Source of the DNA: Cycas panzhihuaensis
Taxonomy: Eukaryota > Plantae > Cycadophyta
Assembly: GCA_023213395.1 (NCBI GenBank)
Contig: CM041465.1
Coordinates: 142,855,741 to 142,919,740, forward strand
Reading direction: 5' to 3'
DNA length: 64,000 nucleotides
The translations under genes were made by a program, and so were the position numbers. This document shows, in pieces, positions 13,649 through 25,160 of the stretch (the stretch's first letter is position 1; every line of letters starts with the position of its first letter). Under the pieces are notes generated by a model. It was not told the origin of the DNA. It ran no database searches and saw only the letters and a list, made by a program, of their open reading frames with translations.

Positions 13649-13944
13649 TGAAACAGGTTAATGTTACAAGGTCATTACATTAGTTGATTATTTCTAAAAA
13701 GGATCTTAAGTGAACTTTAAATTAGATCACTTAAGTGAAATGCACTTTCATGTGCATTATGTGTAATTTCATTTCACCTAACTCTAATGCTCCCTCTGTT
13801 AATATAAAAGTAAAAGCTCAATGGAGGAGGCTCATTCTTACCTTTCTATTTTGTGAGAGCTACTCTTTCTCTCAAGTCTCTCTTGCTCCCATGTTTGCCT
13901 TTGTGTTTAGTGCATGCAGATGAAGGATAGATCCACTCTTTTTA
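13649..13944 (+). repeat. Element A 3' LTR
   Basis: Follows the PPT; repeat of 2321-2618; terminal CA mutated to TA. Confidence 0.92.
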
Positions 13945-14761
13945 GTTTTCATTTCTAATTCTAACATGGTATCAAAGTCCAAGGTTTAATCCTTGGGGAC
14001 GCCATTACAAACCTTGGTACATGTTATCCTTGTTTTGATCTTTAAGCCTTGTAATTTTTTTTATGTGCCTACTTTGTGACTTAGTCAATTGAAGATCATT
14101 TCAAGTTATATCTTATGCATATTTTGTTATGGGATTGTTATCAAGTTTTAAAGGGCTATTTTAATGTTGATGTAAGTCTACTTTCAATCCCTTTTTTGAA
14201 GCTTTTTAAAGTTGTTTGAAGCCTGTTGAAGCTACTCAAGTGGACATCTTCTATGCATGTGGCACCATAATAATATTACATGCAGGTGAAAGTCTACAAA
14301 AAGACCTTAGACAAATTCTAATTATTGGAAGACCATCTTTATTGCACGTCAATGGACAAGAATGTAACCAGATCATTGACAATAGTTGAGAGAGTCTTTC
14401 TTGGCCAAGAGTGATTCTATTTTGAAAGGTTTTATAGATCTACATGTGGATAAAGGTCATGTATTTTTCTACTGATATGTACTCTCCTGATATTAAAAAT
14501 ATTTTAAAAAAAATATTGTATTTAAGGCCTCTAAAATCTGGTCTATGTTCTTATGTATTAAAACAAAAAAAAAAAGGGCCTACCAAATCTGTTTGTTGGT
14601 GAGCAACCATTTACCGGATCTATGGAGAGAAGGAATGTAGATGAAGAGCTTTCAGGATGTGGTGGATAATGTTTTCTGGGCTCACTCAGAGCTTCTCTAT
14701 AACCTTGCTTGTGGCAAAAGTGTAGATGTACTCTAATTTGTTATTGTTCTAATCTTTAAAC

Positions 14762-15277
14762 ATGGGGAAGGTCTTTGCTGGTGTTTGGTTAGTGTGCTTA
14801 GTAGCCCTTCTATCTTCTTTATGTCTACCTTGTGTTGAAAGAATGATGTGGAATAGAAGGGAACATTCCCACAAAAATAAACCCCAAATCTTTGAATTAA
14901 GCAAAGATAATCTATATGTCAATATCTCCAACTGGGGTGTTACCATCATCTCCTTACTCCTCCCTGATGCAAAAGGTCATCTAGCAGATGTAGTTCTTAG
15001 TTTCAACACCCTCACTCCGTACATAAATGGTAACTAGCCTTATTTTGGTGCCCTCGTAGGGCATGTAGCCAATCACATTGAGAATGCATGGTTCATGCTC
15101 AACGAGATTACATACCACTTGCTTATAGATGACAGTGACAATACACTTCATGGAGGAATAAGGGGATTTGATAAGGTATTATGGAATATTAGAGAGAAGA
15201 AACTAGGAGGGAGGAATCCATTCATCTATTTCCATAGCTTTAATGGTGAACAAGGATTCCTTGGTGATCTTGATGTA
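14762..15277 (+). pseudogene. Aldose 1-epimerase (galactose mutarotase) family, intronless N-terminal ~172 codons with signal-peptide-like start; one in-frame stop; 3'-truncated
   Basis: ORFs 14762-15037 and 15095-15346 are in the same frame: ISNWGVTIISLLLPDAKGHLADVVLSF...*PYFGALVGHVANHI...NTLHGGIRGFDKVLW...HSFNGEQGFLGDLDV; family similarity stops after DLDV. Confidence 0.92.
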
Positions 15278-16573
15278 TCTGGATGCTCTACCTTTTACTT
15301 CAGCTTGCAGACCTACAAATATAGAAATGATAATGTTAAGATTTGATAGTGGCACCTTGCACTTCATTATCATGGTGGCTAAATTTGCACTCAATGGTAA
15401 TGTAGAAATAACCAATGGTAGCCCTTCATGCTTCGTCAATGGCAGTTGCATAGGTGCCCTACAAATAATTGACATAGAACCCTAAATGATTTAGGATTAA
15501 TATTATTTTATTAATCAACCTTATATTTTTGGGCATCAATCTTTATTAAAAGGGCTTATATTTTTTTAATTTAAAAAATGAATTTAATTATATTGTATAA
15601 TCATTTTAAGTTTGGTTAGACCCTATCTCTTAGCCCCACATCACATGAGATTTACACATGACCCTCTAACCAGTAGCTAAAGGGGCTTAATGTCTATTCT
15701 TCATCATTTTTGGAGTACTTATCACCTTTTTGACCATATCTTGAGCTTGGGAGCTATGTTTTCTATCTTGTCTATTGTGTTGGGTCTATAACAGAGAGAC
15801 CTTTAATTTGACAGGTTACTTGATATATTTTTGAGCTATTTCCATGAAGAATTTTTAGTTCAAAGTCAAAAATTCATACTTTTCTTCATTTTTTCTTAGC
15901 TTCTTTAGGCACATATTGCATTTTTGAGGCCTTATGATGTGGTGTACCCCAAATGGGAGGGATAAAATATACCATAGTCATATTTTTTAGCTCTTCAAGA
16001 ACGCATTGAGCTCATTTTGTACTTTATTATATGAGAGAGAGTCATATATGATATACTCGAGTCACATCTATCATTTTAAGTCATGTATAAATATTTATTT
16101 CTAGTTATTTTGTCGATGGTGGAAAGTTGTATAGCCCAAAGAGGCATCTTTTAATTCGTGTGGCAAGTTTTAGGCCATAATACCCATTATGTTTTTGGCC
16201 ATTAGATGTTGAAGAAGTGATAGTCCTATTGAGCAAGAGGTAGGATACACTTTTAAAGCTACTCTTACCTACCATGTGCTATTGATATATATATATTTTT
16301 TGCTTGCACTCCCATATGAGCAAGGGGTAGGACCTTTTTCAGCTACTCTTACTAGCTCCTGATTGATCCATGTACACAAAGGGAGTTCCTACCTAATTGG
16401 TGGTTGCAATGACTGAGGAACCATACATTCTGGTAGATGGACTCCACTTCATATGGACATGGGCAGTTTTTTATTCATGTATAGCAACATTTATAATCTA
16501 ACAAACTTTTGAAGACTTGAGCTTATCATTTGATGTGACAATATTTTATGTAATTGACTATTACAAGGAAATA

Positions 16574-16876
16574 TTTTAGGTATAATGCCCAATTATATTA
16601 ATCTTATGTAAATTCTCTCTATTCTTTGTATTTTTATATTAGAGGATTTGGGTTATCTAGATATATGTGCCACCTCTAAGATGACCAATGGGGTTCTCTC
16701 ACTAGTGGTGAGTATGTATTATAAGTATGTACTCTTCATTCTCTTTAATTGAGTTTTGGCTAATGCTCCACATAAGGTATTCATGTTGTACATACTTCAT
16801 TTCTTTTGTACTTTATTATTTATCATTCACTCACCATTTGATATTTGATGTATAATTTGCATTTCTTGTTCTAATA
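16574..16876 (+). repeat. Element B 3' LTR
   Basis: Repeat of 2035-2320 plus 13950-13966; preceded by a decayed purine tract ACAAGGAAA; followed by TSD ATGTG. Confidence 0.88.
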
Positions 16877-16881
16877 ATGTG

Positions 16882-19156
16882 GATAGTAAAATATTATACA
16901 AAGGACTTAGCCATGTGAACTTTAATAGTTTATCCTTAATGAAGAAGATGGACATAGTGATTGGACTATCTAATATTAAGCATAGCAAGGAAATATATGA
17001 AGGGTGTATACTTGGGAAACAATAAAGGGAAGATTTCTTTAATGAAAGCTATAGGGCCCATGGGCCCCTTCAATTAGTATATACAAACTTGTGTGGTCTA
17101 ATGGACATGGATTCACTTGGAAGAGTTAAGTATTTTATAACATTTATTGATGATTTTAGAAGGATAACTTAGGTTTACTCTCCCAAGTTCAAGTCAAATG
17201 CATTATAATACTTCATTGACTTTAGAAGTATAGTTAAAAGATAAAGTGGATTTCAAAAATTAACTCTAAGATTAGATGATGAGGGAGAATTCATTTCAAA
17301 TAAATCTACAAATATTTTAGAATAAGGAAACAACTCACAAATCTGTATACTTCTTAACAAAATAAGGTTGTAGAAAGAAAAAATAGGACAATTATTGAAA
17401 TAACAAGACGTTTGCTTAAGGACAATCATTTAAGCAATGAATATTAAGCAAAAGTTGTACATATAATTATTTATTTATTGAACAAATATACCACTAAAAT
17501 AGTTATATGGGATATATCTAAAGAAATTTAGGATAGGTTATAAGCTAATCATTAAACACTTAAGAGATTTTAGGTGTATAGCTTATACACATATCCTAGA
17601 TCAAAGAAGAATAAAATTAAATGATAAAAGTACCAAATATATATTTATAGGATATAATGACTTTTCTAGATCTTATAAACTTTATAATCTAAAAGGTAAA
17701 AAGATTATTATGAGTAGGGGTGTCATCTTCAAGGATGATAAATTTTATCAAGAAGTTGCTAAAAAAGATAAGGGTAAAAATATCATAGTTGAAGTAGACT
17801 CAAACTCAAATGGTATAAATATACCTAATGTAAATGAAGCAGGACCTTGTACTACAAGTTAAAAAGTCTAAAAATGGGTACAAAGGGCTCAAATTCCTTA
17901 GTATATTTTAGATACCAACTTTGAGAGAAGAACTATAAGATCTCAAAGGATGAATTTTATACTTATAGCTCAAGTTATGGAGTCTAATAAGTCTCACAAC
18001 TTTGAAGAGATAGGCAATTAAGATAAATAAAAGAATATAATAAGAGAAGAGTATAATACCTTAGTGAAAAATGACACATGAGAATTAGTAGATCTACCAC
18101 CTAATAAAAATGCAATTAGAACAAAATGGGCCTATAAGATTAAGTATAAATCAAATGGGTCTATTTATAAATATAAGATAAGGTTAGTTATAAAGGGCTA
18201 TGCTCAAATTGAGGGCATAGATTATAATGAGATATTTACACTTGTTGCAAGGCTAAAAGTAATCAAATTAATCATGGCCTTAATTGCATAACAAAATTGG
18301 ATAGTACATCAAATAGATGTAAAAAGTACCTTCTTGAATAACTATGTAAATAAGGAAATTTATGTCCAATAACCCAAGGGGTTTGAAGTGAAAGGAGAAT
18401 AGGACAAGGTCTACAAACTTAAAAAGACCTTACATGGACTCAAGCAAGTGCTTAGAGTATGGTACTCTGGGATTGATAAATATTTCAAGGATAAATAATT
18501 CCAAAGAAGCTAATCAAACCCTAATTTATACACAAAACTAGAAGAAAGCTCAATACTAATTATGGGCTTATATGTGGATGACCTAGTATACACTGAAAAT
18601 AGTGATCACTTGTCCCAAAGATTTAAGTAAGATATATATAAGGAATTTGAGATGATAGACTTGGGACTAATGTAGTACTTCTTAGGCATTGAAGTATGGC
18701 AAGATGAAAAGAAGATATTTATTTCCAAAAGGAAGTATACATTAGATATGTTATACAAATTCAACATGAGTAGTTATAAGCCACTTGTAACACTAATAAA
18801 GGCTAGGTTAAAATTGTCTAAATTTAAGGAATTAGAATCAATTGATCCTGCACTTTATAGATAGTTGATTAGGAATATGATTTACTTAACTTCAACTTGA
18901 CCAAACATCATGTACATAATTAGTATGGTTTTCATATTTATGTATAAGCCTAAGGTAAAATATTAGCAAGTAGCCAAAAGAATTCTTAAGTATCTTAAAG
19001 GTGCTATTAGATATGGATTATATTGTAGGTTATCAAGGGATCATAAGTTAATTAGCTATATAGACTTAGACTAGGTTGGTTGTATAGATGATAAGAAATC
19101 TACTTCAGGGTATACATTTAATTTGGGTTCAGTAATAATAGCATGGAGTTCAAAGA
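16882..19156 (+). pseudogene. Copia C pol (GAG-pre-integrase, integrase, RT, start of RNase H), cut by element H
   Basis: LVYTNLCGLM...YFITFIDDF integrase, KNDT*ELVDLP...KWAYKIK, HQIDVKSTFLN, YVDD at 18571-18582, KKSTSGYTFNLGS...AWSSK; many stops. Confidence 0.92.
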
Positions 19157-20040
19157 TGTTGAAAAAATTGGGTCCCAATAGCCAAAAACTACCACCAAGA
19201 TCTAAACTATTTTTCAACTAGTTATAAGAATTGAAACTAAAATTTAACATACAAATTCTTAAACAAAAGATAATATAATAAATAAATTAGAAAACCAAAG
19301 TATCATATATACACCATATATAATGTGGTAAAACTTAGCAGTGTACTAGAGAAACATCCACATAGTAAAGGTATCGATCTTTATTATTCAAGAATATAGA
19401 AATATACATAATATGTACTAAAATACTCACAATAATAATAACCACATGCCTCTTCTTAATACAATATATTTAATATATCAAATACCATTAACGCAATAAA
19501 AAAACACCTTAAATTGGGCTATATGAGAGAGTCATATAAGGCACAAATCTCAACCATCAAATCTAGGGTATTTTAAATGAACAACCCTAATTCTCTTTAC
19601 AATTTAGTTTGCTTTACAATGTTAGCTTTTTGGGTTGGGGGATACCACCCTCGAATCCCCTCTTTATAGGGGGGTGGGGTCTACACCCCCCGTACCTCCT
19701 AGCTAAAAGGGATCTTGCTCCATTTGGATCCCCCTATGAAAGTTTAAAGGGGAAACTGGTCTACTAACCTGTAAAAAATTTTACCTTTAAAATATTGTTG
19801 TCACATTATCTAATAATCTCCATCTTGATAAAAATTTACCTAATACATTTCTTGGACTATTCATCACCTTTTCTATAAACTAAGAGAAGTCAAATACTGT
19901 TTGAACTTCTCTAATAGTACTGGTTTTATGAACAGTTTAGTATAATTCTATTTTGTGTTAACCTTCTCAAGTGCTACTCCACCTGCTTCCACAACCTATC
20001 TAATAAAATGGTACTTAAAAGCAATATGTTTTGTCTTACT
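19157..20040 (-). mobile_element. Element H: 3' end of a copia element (3' LTR 19157-19815, PPT, RNase H tail)
   Basis: TGTTG start at 19157; PPT TCAAGATGGAGAT on the minus strand at 19816-19828; minus-strand KTKHIAFKYHFIR...LEKVNT...KPVLLEKFKQ; no partner LTR found. Confidence 0.8.
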
Positions 20041-20044
20041 AATC

Positions 20045-20531
20045 TGATGATTTTATTAAAAAGCACCTGCATCTCACATGCCTCAAGGACTCAACATCTT
20101 AGGGGAGGGGACCTATTATATAACTTATCTTGCTAAGTTATATAAACCATTATTATACAGAGAGCTATTAATAGGTTAAAATATAAGGTTAATTATGGAA
20201 CTTCATGCATGAGTTGACAAGTTGGCCAATGGTATGTAAGGCCATTATGCCGTCCAATAGAATGTAAGGCTACATAGGCCACCAATAGGATTACATGTAA
20301 AAGACCCTCTTTTGTCTATATAAGGGTCATAAATTATAAATGATGGTTATCTTAATGTAACTTTTTATAAAGATTGTGATGCAATGCTCTCTATTTTAGT
20401 GATCATTTAGTGCCTTGGTGTTCTTGTGAAGCTCTCAGTTAATTTGTATTCACTATTGGATAAAGCAACATGGTTATGATTGTCATTTTTTTGCTATCTC
20501 AAGGAGTGTTGGTGAGAAGAAATGTCCCACA
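20045..20531 (+). mobile_element. Element I: PPT plus 3' LTR (20114-20531), related to the LTR at 62422
   Basis: AGGGGAGGGGA 20101-20111; LTR T(A)TTATATAAC...GTCCCACA; shares CCACCAATAG.ATTACAT...TCTAT.TAAGGGT...AATTATAAA with 62422-62820. Confidence 0.6.
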
Positions 20532-22450
20532 TATGGTTACAGGTTACATACATGATATAAATATAGTTATAGGATATAAGATATTTACATGTTACATGCA
20601 ATACTGCATATAGGATGCATACTATAAGTTACAGTTATAGCTTACAAGTTCCAATATATAAGATAAATATATGAGGACTTAAGATCAAAATCCAAGGATA
20701 TTAAATATTATAGAGGGATGTGAAAACATAATGTTTAATGTGGGCTCATTGTACATATATACTTATACCATTCACCTATTTCAAGATATGTGAGATACGT
20801 ATATATCCATGCTATCTCTTTATTGGATCATATAACATCTCATCATATTTGATAGGCTACTCATGAGGTGATTTTCACTATATATATACACTCATCAATT
20901 GAGAATTTGAGGAAAGAGAGAGGAGAAAGATGTAAACCTTATGATCATAAGCAGAGTCTTAACTCCACCTTCTCCCATGGTTTTTTACACAATGGGTTTT
21001 CCACATATAAATCTTAGTGTCTTGTGTTGATTATGCTTTTTGATGTTTGTTTTACATGTTTAATATTTTATGTGTATATACTCATGAGTTCATTATTCTT
21101 GCATCCATTATTTTAACATGGTATTAGAGTAATTTTATTCCTAGTTTTAATAAATTCTTTATAATTTCATTAATTTATAGATGTTTAATTTGATTTTTAT
21201 TCTTCATTTGATTTTCTCCTTTGCGGATTAATCTTCTTCTTTTGATTATATTCTTTTGTCTCTTCTTTAATGGTATATCATGGCATTCTACATGTTATTA
21301 TTGATTGATCTATAAATAATGATTTTTGAAGGGCTTGTCTTTATAGATGTGTGTTAGGGGCATTGAGTAATTAAATTCTTTCATGGTAATTTAGTTTTCT
21401 TCCATGAAGTGGTGTAATTGGCTTCCATGTTAGGTGATCTCTTTTATAAGGGGATATCACAATTTTTTTATGCTAAGGGAAGTTGTATGATTTATTATAT
21501 CTATGCTCTATAGATCCATAACTTTAATGTTTATTGTGGCAAGGTTAGGGTGTGATCATCCTCCATCCTCAATGGAGCTAAATAAAAGAAATTAAACACA
21601 CAAGTCATAGTTTTCTAAGCATGCTTACAATCCATTCCTAAATAATTTATTGAAGTCATCTAGGATATTATTTAATAAGGGAGGTATAGAAGGTTGCATT
21701 AATAGTAGATGCATCCATCTTCTCTATAGTTTAGTCCATCAAGAATTGGGAGGCTATTCATACAGACATGTATTGGATACTAAATTAATGACCCTTTCTT
21801 TTTATATCTTCATGGGATATTATTTTTAACCCATTGAGTATAGCTAAAAACATAATTCATCCAAACCTTAAATCTCATCATGGCCATATCTTAAGCAATA
21901 TTGTATGGAAGTATTGTTAAGCATTACTGCAATAACTTATAGAAGATGCCCTAGTAGTTATTAACTATAATATTGAAGCTTCCTTCATCAACAAAACATA
22001 TTCTCACCCTCAAATTCTTATTTAACCATTAATTAATATTATATGCTCTTTGTTCATATTCCCTTTAATAATAATAGTGCATCATCTCATGCTAATATAA
22101 GATTTTATCATATGCTTATATTTTTCTCTCATCAAAACTATTTTTGCTTCATATGCTTATTTAACTACTCAAACATGATGTCGTTATAATTTTTTTAGTT
22201 TCAATAATGCCATCAAATCAACTTTTGTTAATACATGCTACATACCTTTCATAACCTATCAAACATATTGCTTTTCATACCTAATACCTGCTTTTGTTTG
22301 TCAGTCAACATATTGTGTAGGCCTATTACTTATTTCCTATTTAACTAATGGGATACTAGCTTCATTCTGGAAACAAATCTTAATATAAGATGCTTACAAA
22401 GGCCTTTAGAATATTTTATAAGTGATTGTGAATCCAACTTCAAGAGTAAG
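20532..22450 (+). mobile_element. Element J: partial 5' LTR (to 21118), PBS and short decayed copia-derived internal region
   Basis: ...TTAACA followed by TGGTATTAGAG (21119-21129); KHIAFH...MLTKAF RNase H-tail-like remnant at ~22260-22410. Confidence 0.5.
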
Positions 22451-24528
22451 ACACTTGCAAAAGCCTTCACTAATGAATTGTCATATATTCTTATCATATC
22501 TAATGGACTTGATTTTGTACCTATGTACTATTTAGACAAGGTCACTTAGCTAGTCATGACTTTGTGACATAGTCCTAAGGAGCAAGAATAGAGTTGATCC
22601 ACTTACTCTTTAGTACCCCTATGGCTATTAAAGCTACTTAATAGGCTAGGTTTTTATGGATAAGTCTTAATTGGTAAAGGGCACCAATGTGATTGCAGGC
22701 TTACTAGAGAATTTCCATAGCTAGTTAAGGGATTAACATACTATAGGGTCTCATACCTATGTAGGGTCTTAGTCCAGTACTTTCTTACTAAAAACAATGA
22801 GATATGATTTAGATTTTATAAATACTTAGGATGTACCTAAGGATCCTAGGGGATGATGATGAAAGTGGAAATGCTTCCAACAATAATAAATGCCTTACTT
22901 TAAAATCCTAGTGTGTCAAAATTTATAACCCAAGATGTTGAATGAATAACCTACATGGATAGAAGTAGAAGGTAGTACTAAGGATTCACTAAAAATATCA
23001 AAAATATATATTTTTTTTTGACATAATTTTTATACTTTTATTTTAGCAATATGTGTCTAATCCCTTGTATAAATTAGTCTAAAATCCAAATAAAAATACA
23101 CACTAGAACCTCTAATGCATTTACATGTTAATGCAACTAAATGAAGTAAACTTTTATTATTAAATCTAATGGTTTTCTAAACCAATCAGAATTGAAAACT
23201 TGCTAGATATAAATGCACCAAATTCCTTCCCATCTAGTTTATTTTATTCACGAAAATTAATATGTGACTACAACTAATCCTTCCCTAAACTATATACATA
23301 ATAATGTTATTAAAACCCCTTTTCTTTGCCTATATGTGAGACAAAGAATGACTTACTTGTGCTCTGCATAAGAATGACCAAGTGAGGCAAAAATAATCTT
23401 AACATTTAATATACCTTGAATCCAAACAAAATATCAAATAAATAATGACTATGAATTCCTTCTTGTTTCATACCAAATCATTCTACTTTATTTGTAAAAC
23501 AAATATAAGTACATAAGCATATATGTAGATCAGTAAGACTTTATTTCAAGGGACTTAAATATCATTGTTATATGCCAAAATAAAATAATCAATAAAGTTC
23601 TTTTAAGTGATCTATTTCTCAATGATTTATGGCATTTTTTTCAATCTCATAACCCCATCAAACTTTTGATGAAAAGGTGGTATAATAATAATAATAGGTC
23701 AAGGAGATGTTTATTTAATTGGTTAAAAAATGCAATGTATGAAGTGCCCAAAAATGGGTTACTTAATATCTAATGGACAACATATTTGGATGTAACTTTA
23801 AGTCCTAAAATGAATTCTTTGAAATAAGATGAATACAAATATGTTTATGTCTAAGAAGTGAAAAGGATGTGATAAAATGAAGTGTATTTTCATTTAGAGG
23901 TAGATTAAATCATGCATGAGAAGAAAGTACATTTGAATGTTTGATTTACTCCTTGATGTTGTATAATTTTAAACCTCTTTCAAACCTAGCTTTTATCCCT
24001 TTATATGAATATACATATGTTCCATAAGTGTAAAACATTAGGTTACTTAACATCCATAAAATATTACATTTTAAAATTGAATGTTCTATAAATATTTTAT
24101 AAGTTTTAAACCTTTAATGAAAGCTTTTCAAGAAACTAAACAAGGTGTTTGTATGTCTTGAATGATGTGAAAACATCATTATTTAAAACATAAAAAATAA
24201 TATAAGGAAAATCTAACTAATGAAGTGCATGTGTGTGAAAGGTGAGTTAAAGAGACTTAAGCACATGACCTATCAACTACAAGTGACTAAACCTAACCTA
24301 CCAACTAAGTCTCCTACACCCACTCATCAACACAAGATCTCAAGAAAAATATATTTACTTATTACCCCTTTAACAATGGTATGATACTTTTTTAATCATG
24401 GTCTAAGTATTATTTAAATAAAGTTGTATTTTAAATAATTTATATCATAAAAAGCACACCTCCTATTGTCAAGTTTATTTATCAAATAGAATATAAGTGA
24501 TAATATTTGAAAGGAAAGACATATCAAG

Positions 24529-24529
<1 letters not shown>

Positions 24530-24622
<93 letters not shown>

Positions 24623-24650
24623 CTTGATAGATAGATAGATAGATAGATAT
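24530..24650. repeat. Microsatellite (TA)46 plus (GATA)n
   Basis: Read directly. Confidence 0.98.
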
Positions 24651-25046
24651 ATCATGTATGTGTGTAACATTATTAAAATATACCATGATGAGGGTAATAA
24701 ACTTGAAGACAAAATGAGCAAACATATATCTCAATGATTTGAAGACTATCAAATTTGCATCAATGATCAAAAGTTTCATGAAAGGGTATCTTTTATAGTT
24801 GAAAAAGAAGTATGTATAAACTAGGGCTTATAAAACTCAAAATTGTAGTAATTTTAAGGATTGATGAAGAGTAATCAAAGTATCAATAGTAATCTTTGAA
24901 TAAACATGTAATCAAAGGCCATTAAAGGAAAGATTAATACAACTCAATGGGTGCTTGTTAACTCTTCATAAAGGGACAACTTCAAAGCTATGATAAAAGC
25001 ACGTTCTACACATTAATTAAATATTTCAAATGTCATGCTAACCAAG

Positions 25047-25049
<3 letters not shown>

Positions 25050-25083
<34 letters not shown>

Positions 25084-25099
25084 TATATATCTATCTATC

Positions 25100-25139
<40 letters not shown>

Positions 25140-25160
25140 TAGATAGATAAATATATAGAT
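25050..25160. repeat. Compound microsatellite (TG)16-(TCTA-like)-(CA)17-(GATA-like)
   Basis: Read directly. Confidence 0.97.

Larger units (their letters stand above)
2321..13944 (+). mobile_element. Element A: Ty1/copia LTR retrotransposon, decayed but structurally complete, nested in the 5' LTR of B and interrupted by D
   Basis: LTRs 2321-2618 and 13649-13944; PBS TGGTATCAGAGC 2621-2632; PPT AAAGAGGAGA 13638-13647; domain order PR-IN-RT-RH; positional 5-bp TSD is decayed (GCCTG/GTTTT). Confidence 0.93.
2035..16876 (+). mobile_element. Element B: non-autonomous LTR retrotransposon (~2.6 kb own internal region) carrying a captured aldose 1-epimerase fragment; its 5' LTR is split by element A
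   Basis: 5' LTR = 2035-2320 plus 13950-13966, matching 3' LTR 16574-16876; Met-type PBS TGGTATCAAAG at 13967; TSD ATATG (2030-2034) / ATGTG (16877-16881); the flanks rejoin into the copia C reading frame. Confidence 0.88.

Noticed and set aside
14762-15277. Bacterial galM acquired by horizontal transfer or contamination, given that it is intronless
   Set aside because: The signal-peptide-like start and SNWG...PD.KG.LADVVL wording are plant-like, and it sits inside a plant LTR element with a TSD; not confirmed by a search
14762-15346. Functional aldose 1-epimerase gene
   Set aside because: In-frame TAG at 15035-15037, and the C-terminal catalytic half is missing
20101-21129. One ~1 kb LTR with a PPT before it and a PBS after it (tandem elements sharing an LTR)
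   Set aside because: Similarity to 62422-62820 suggests LTR I ends at 20531, so the PPT and PBS belong to two different elements
24414-24779. ORFs with IY, HT or SL repeats (also 58726-58972 and 59210-59398)
   Set aside because: They are translations of microsatellites
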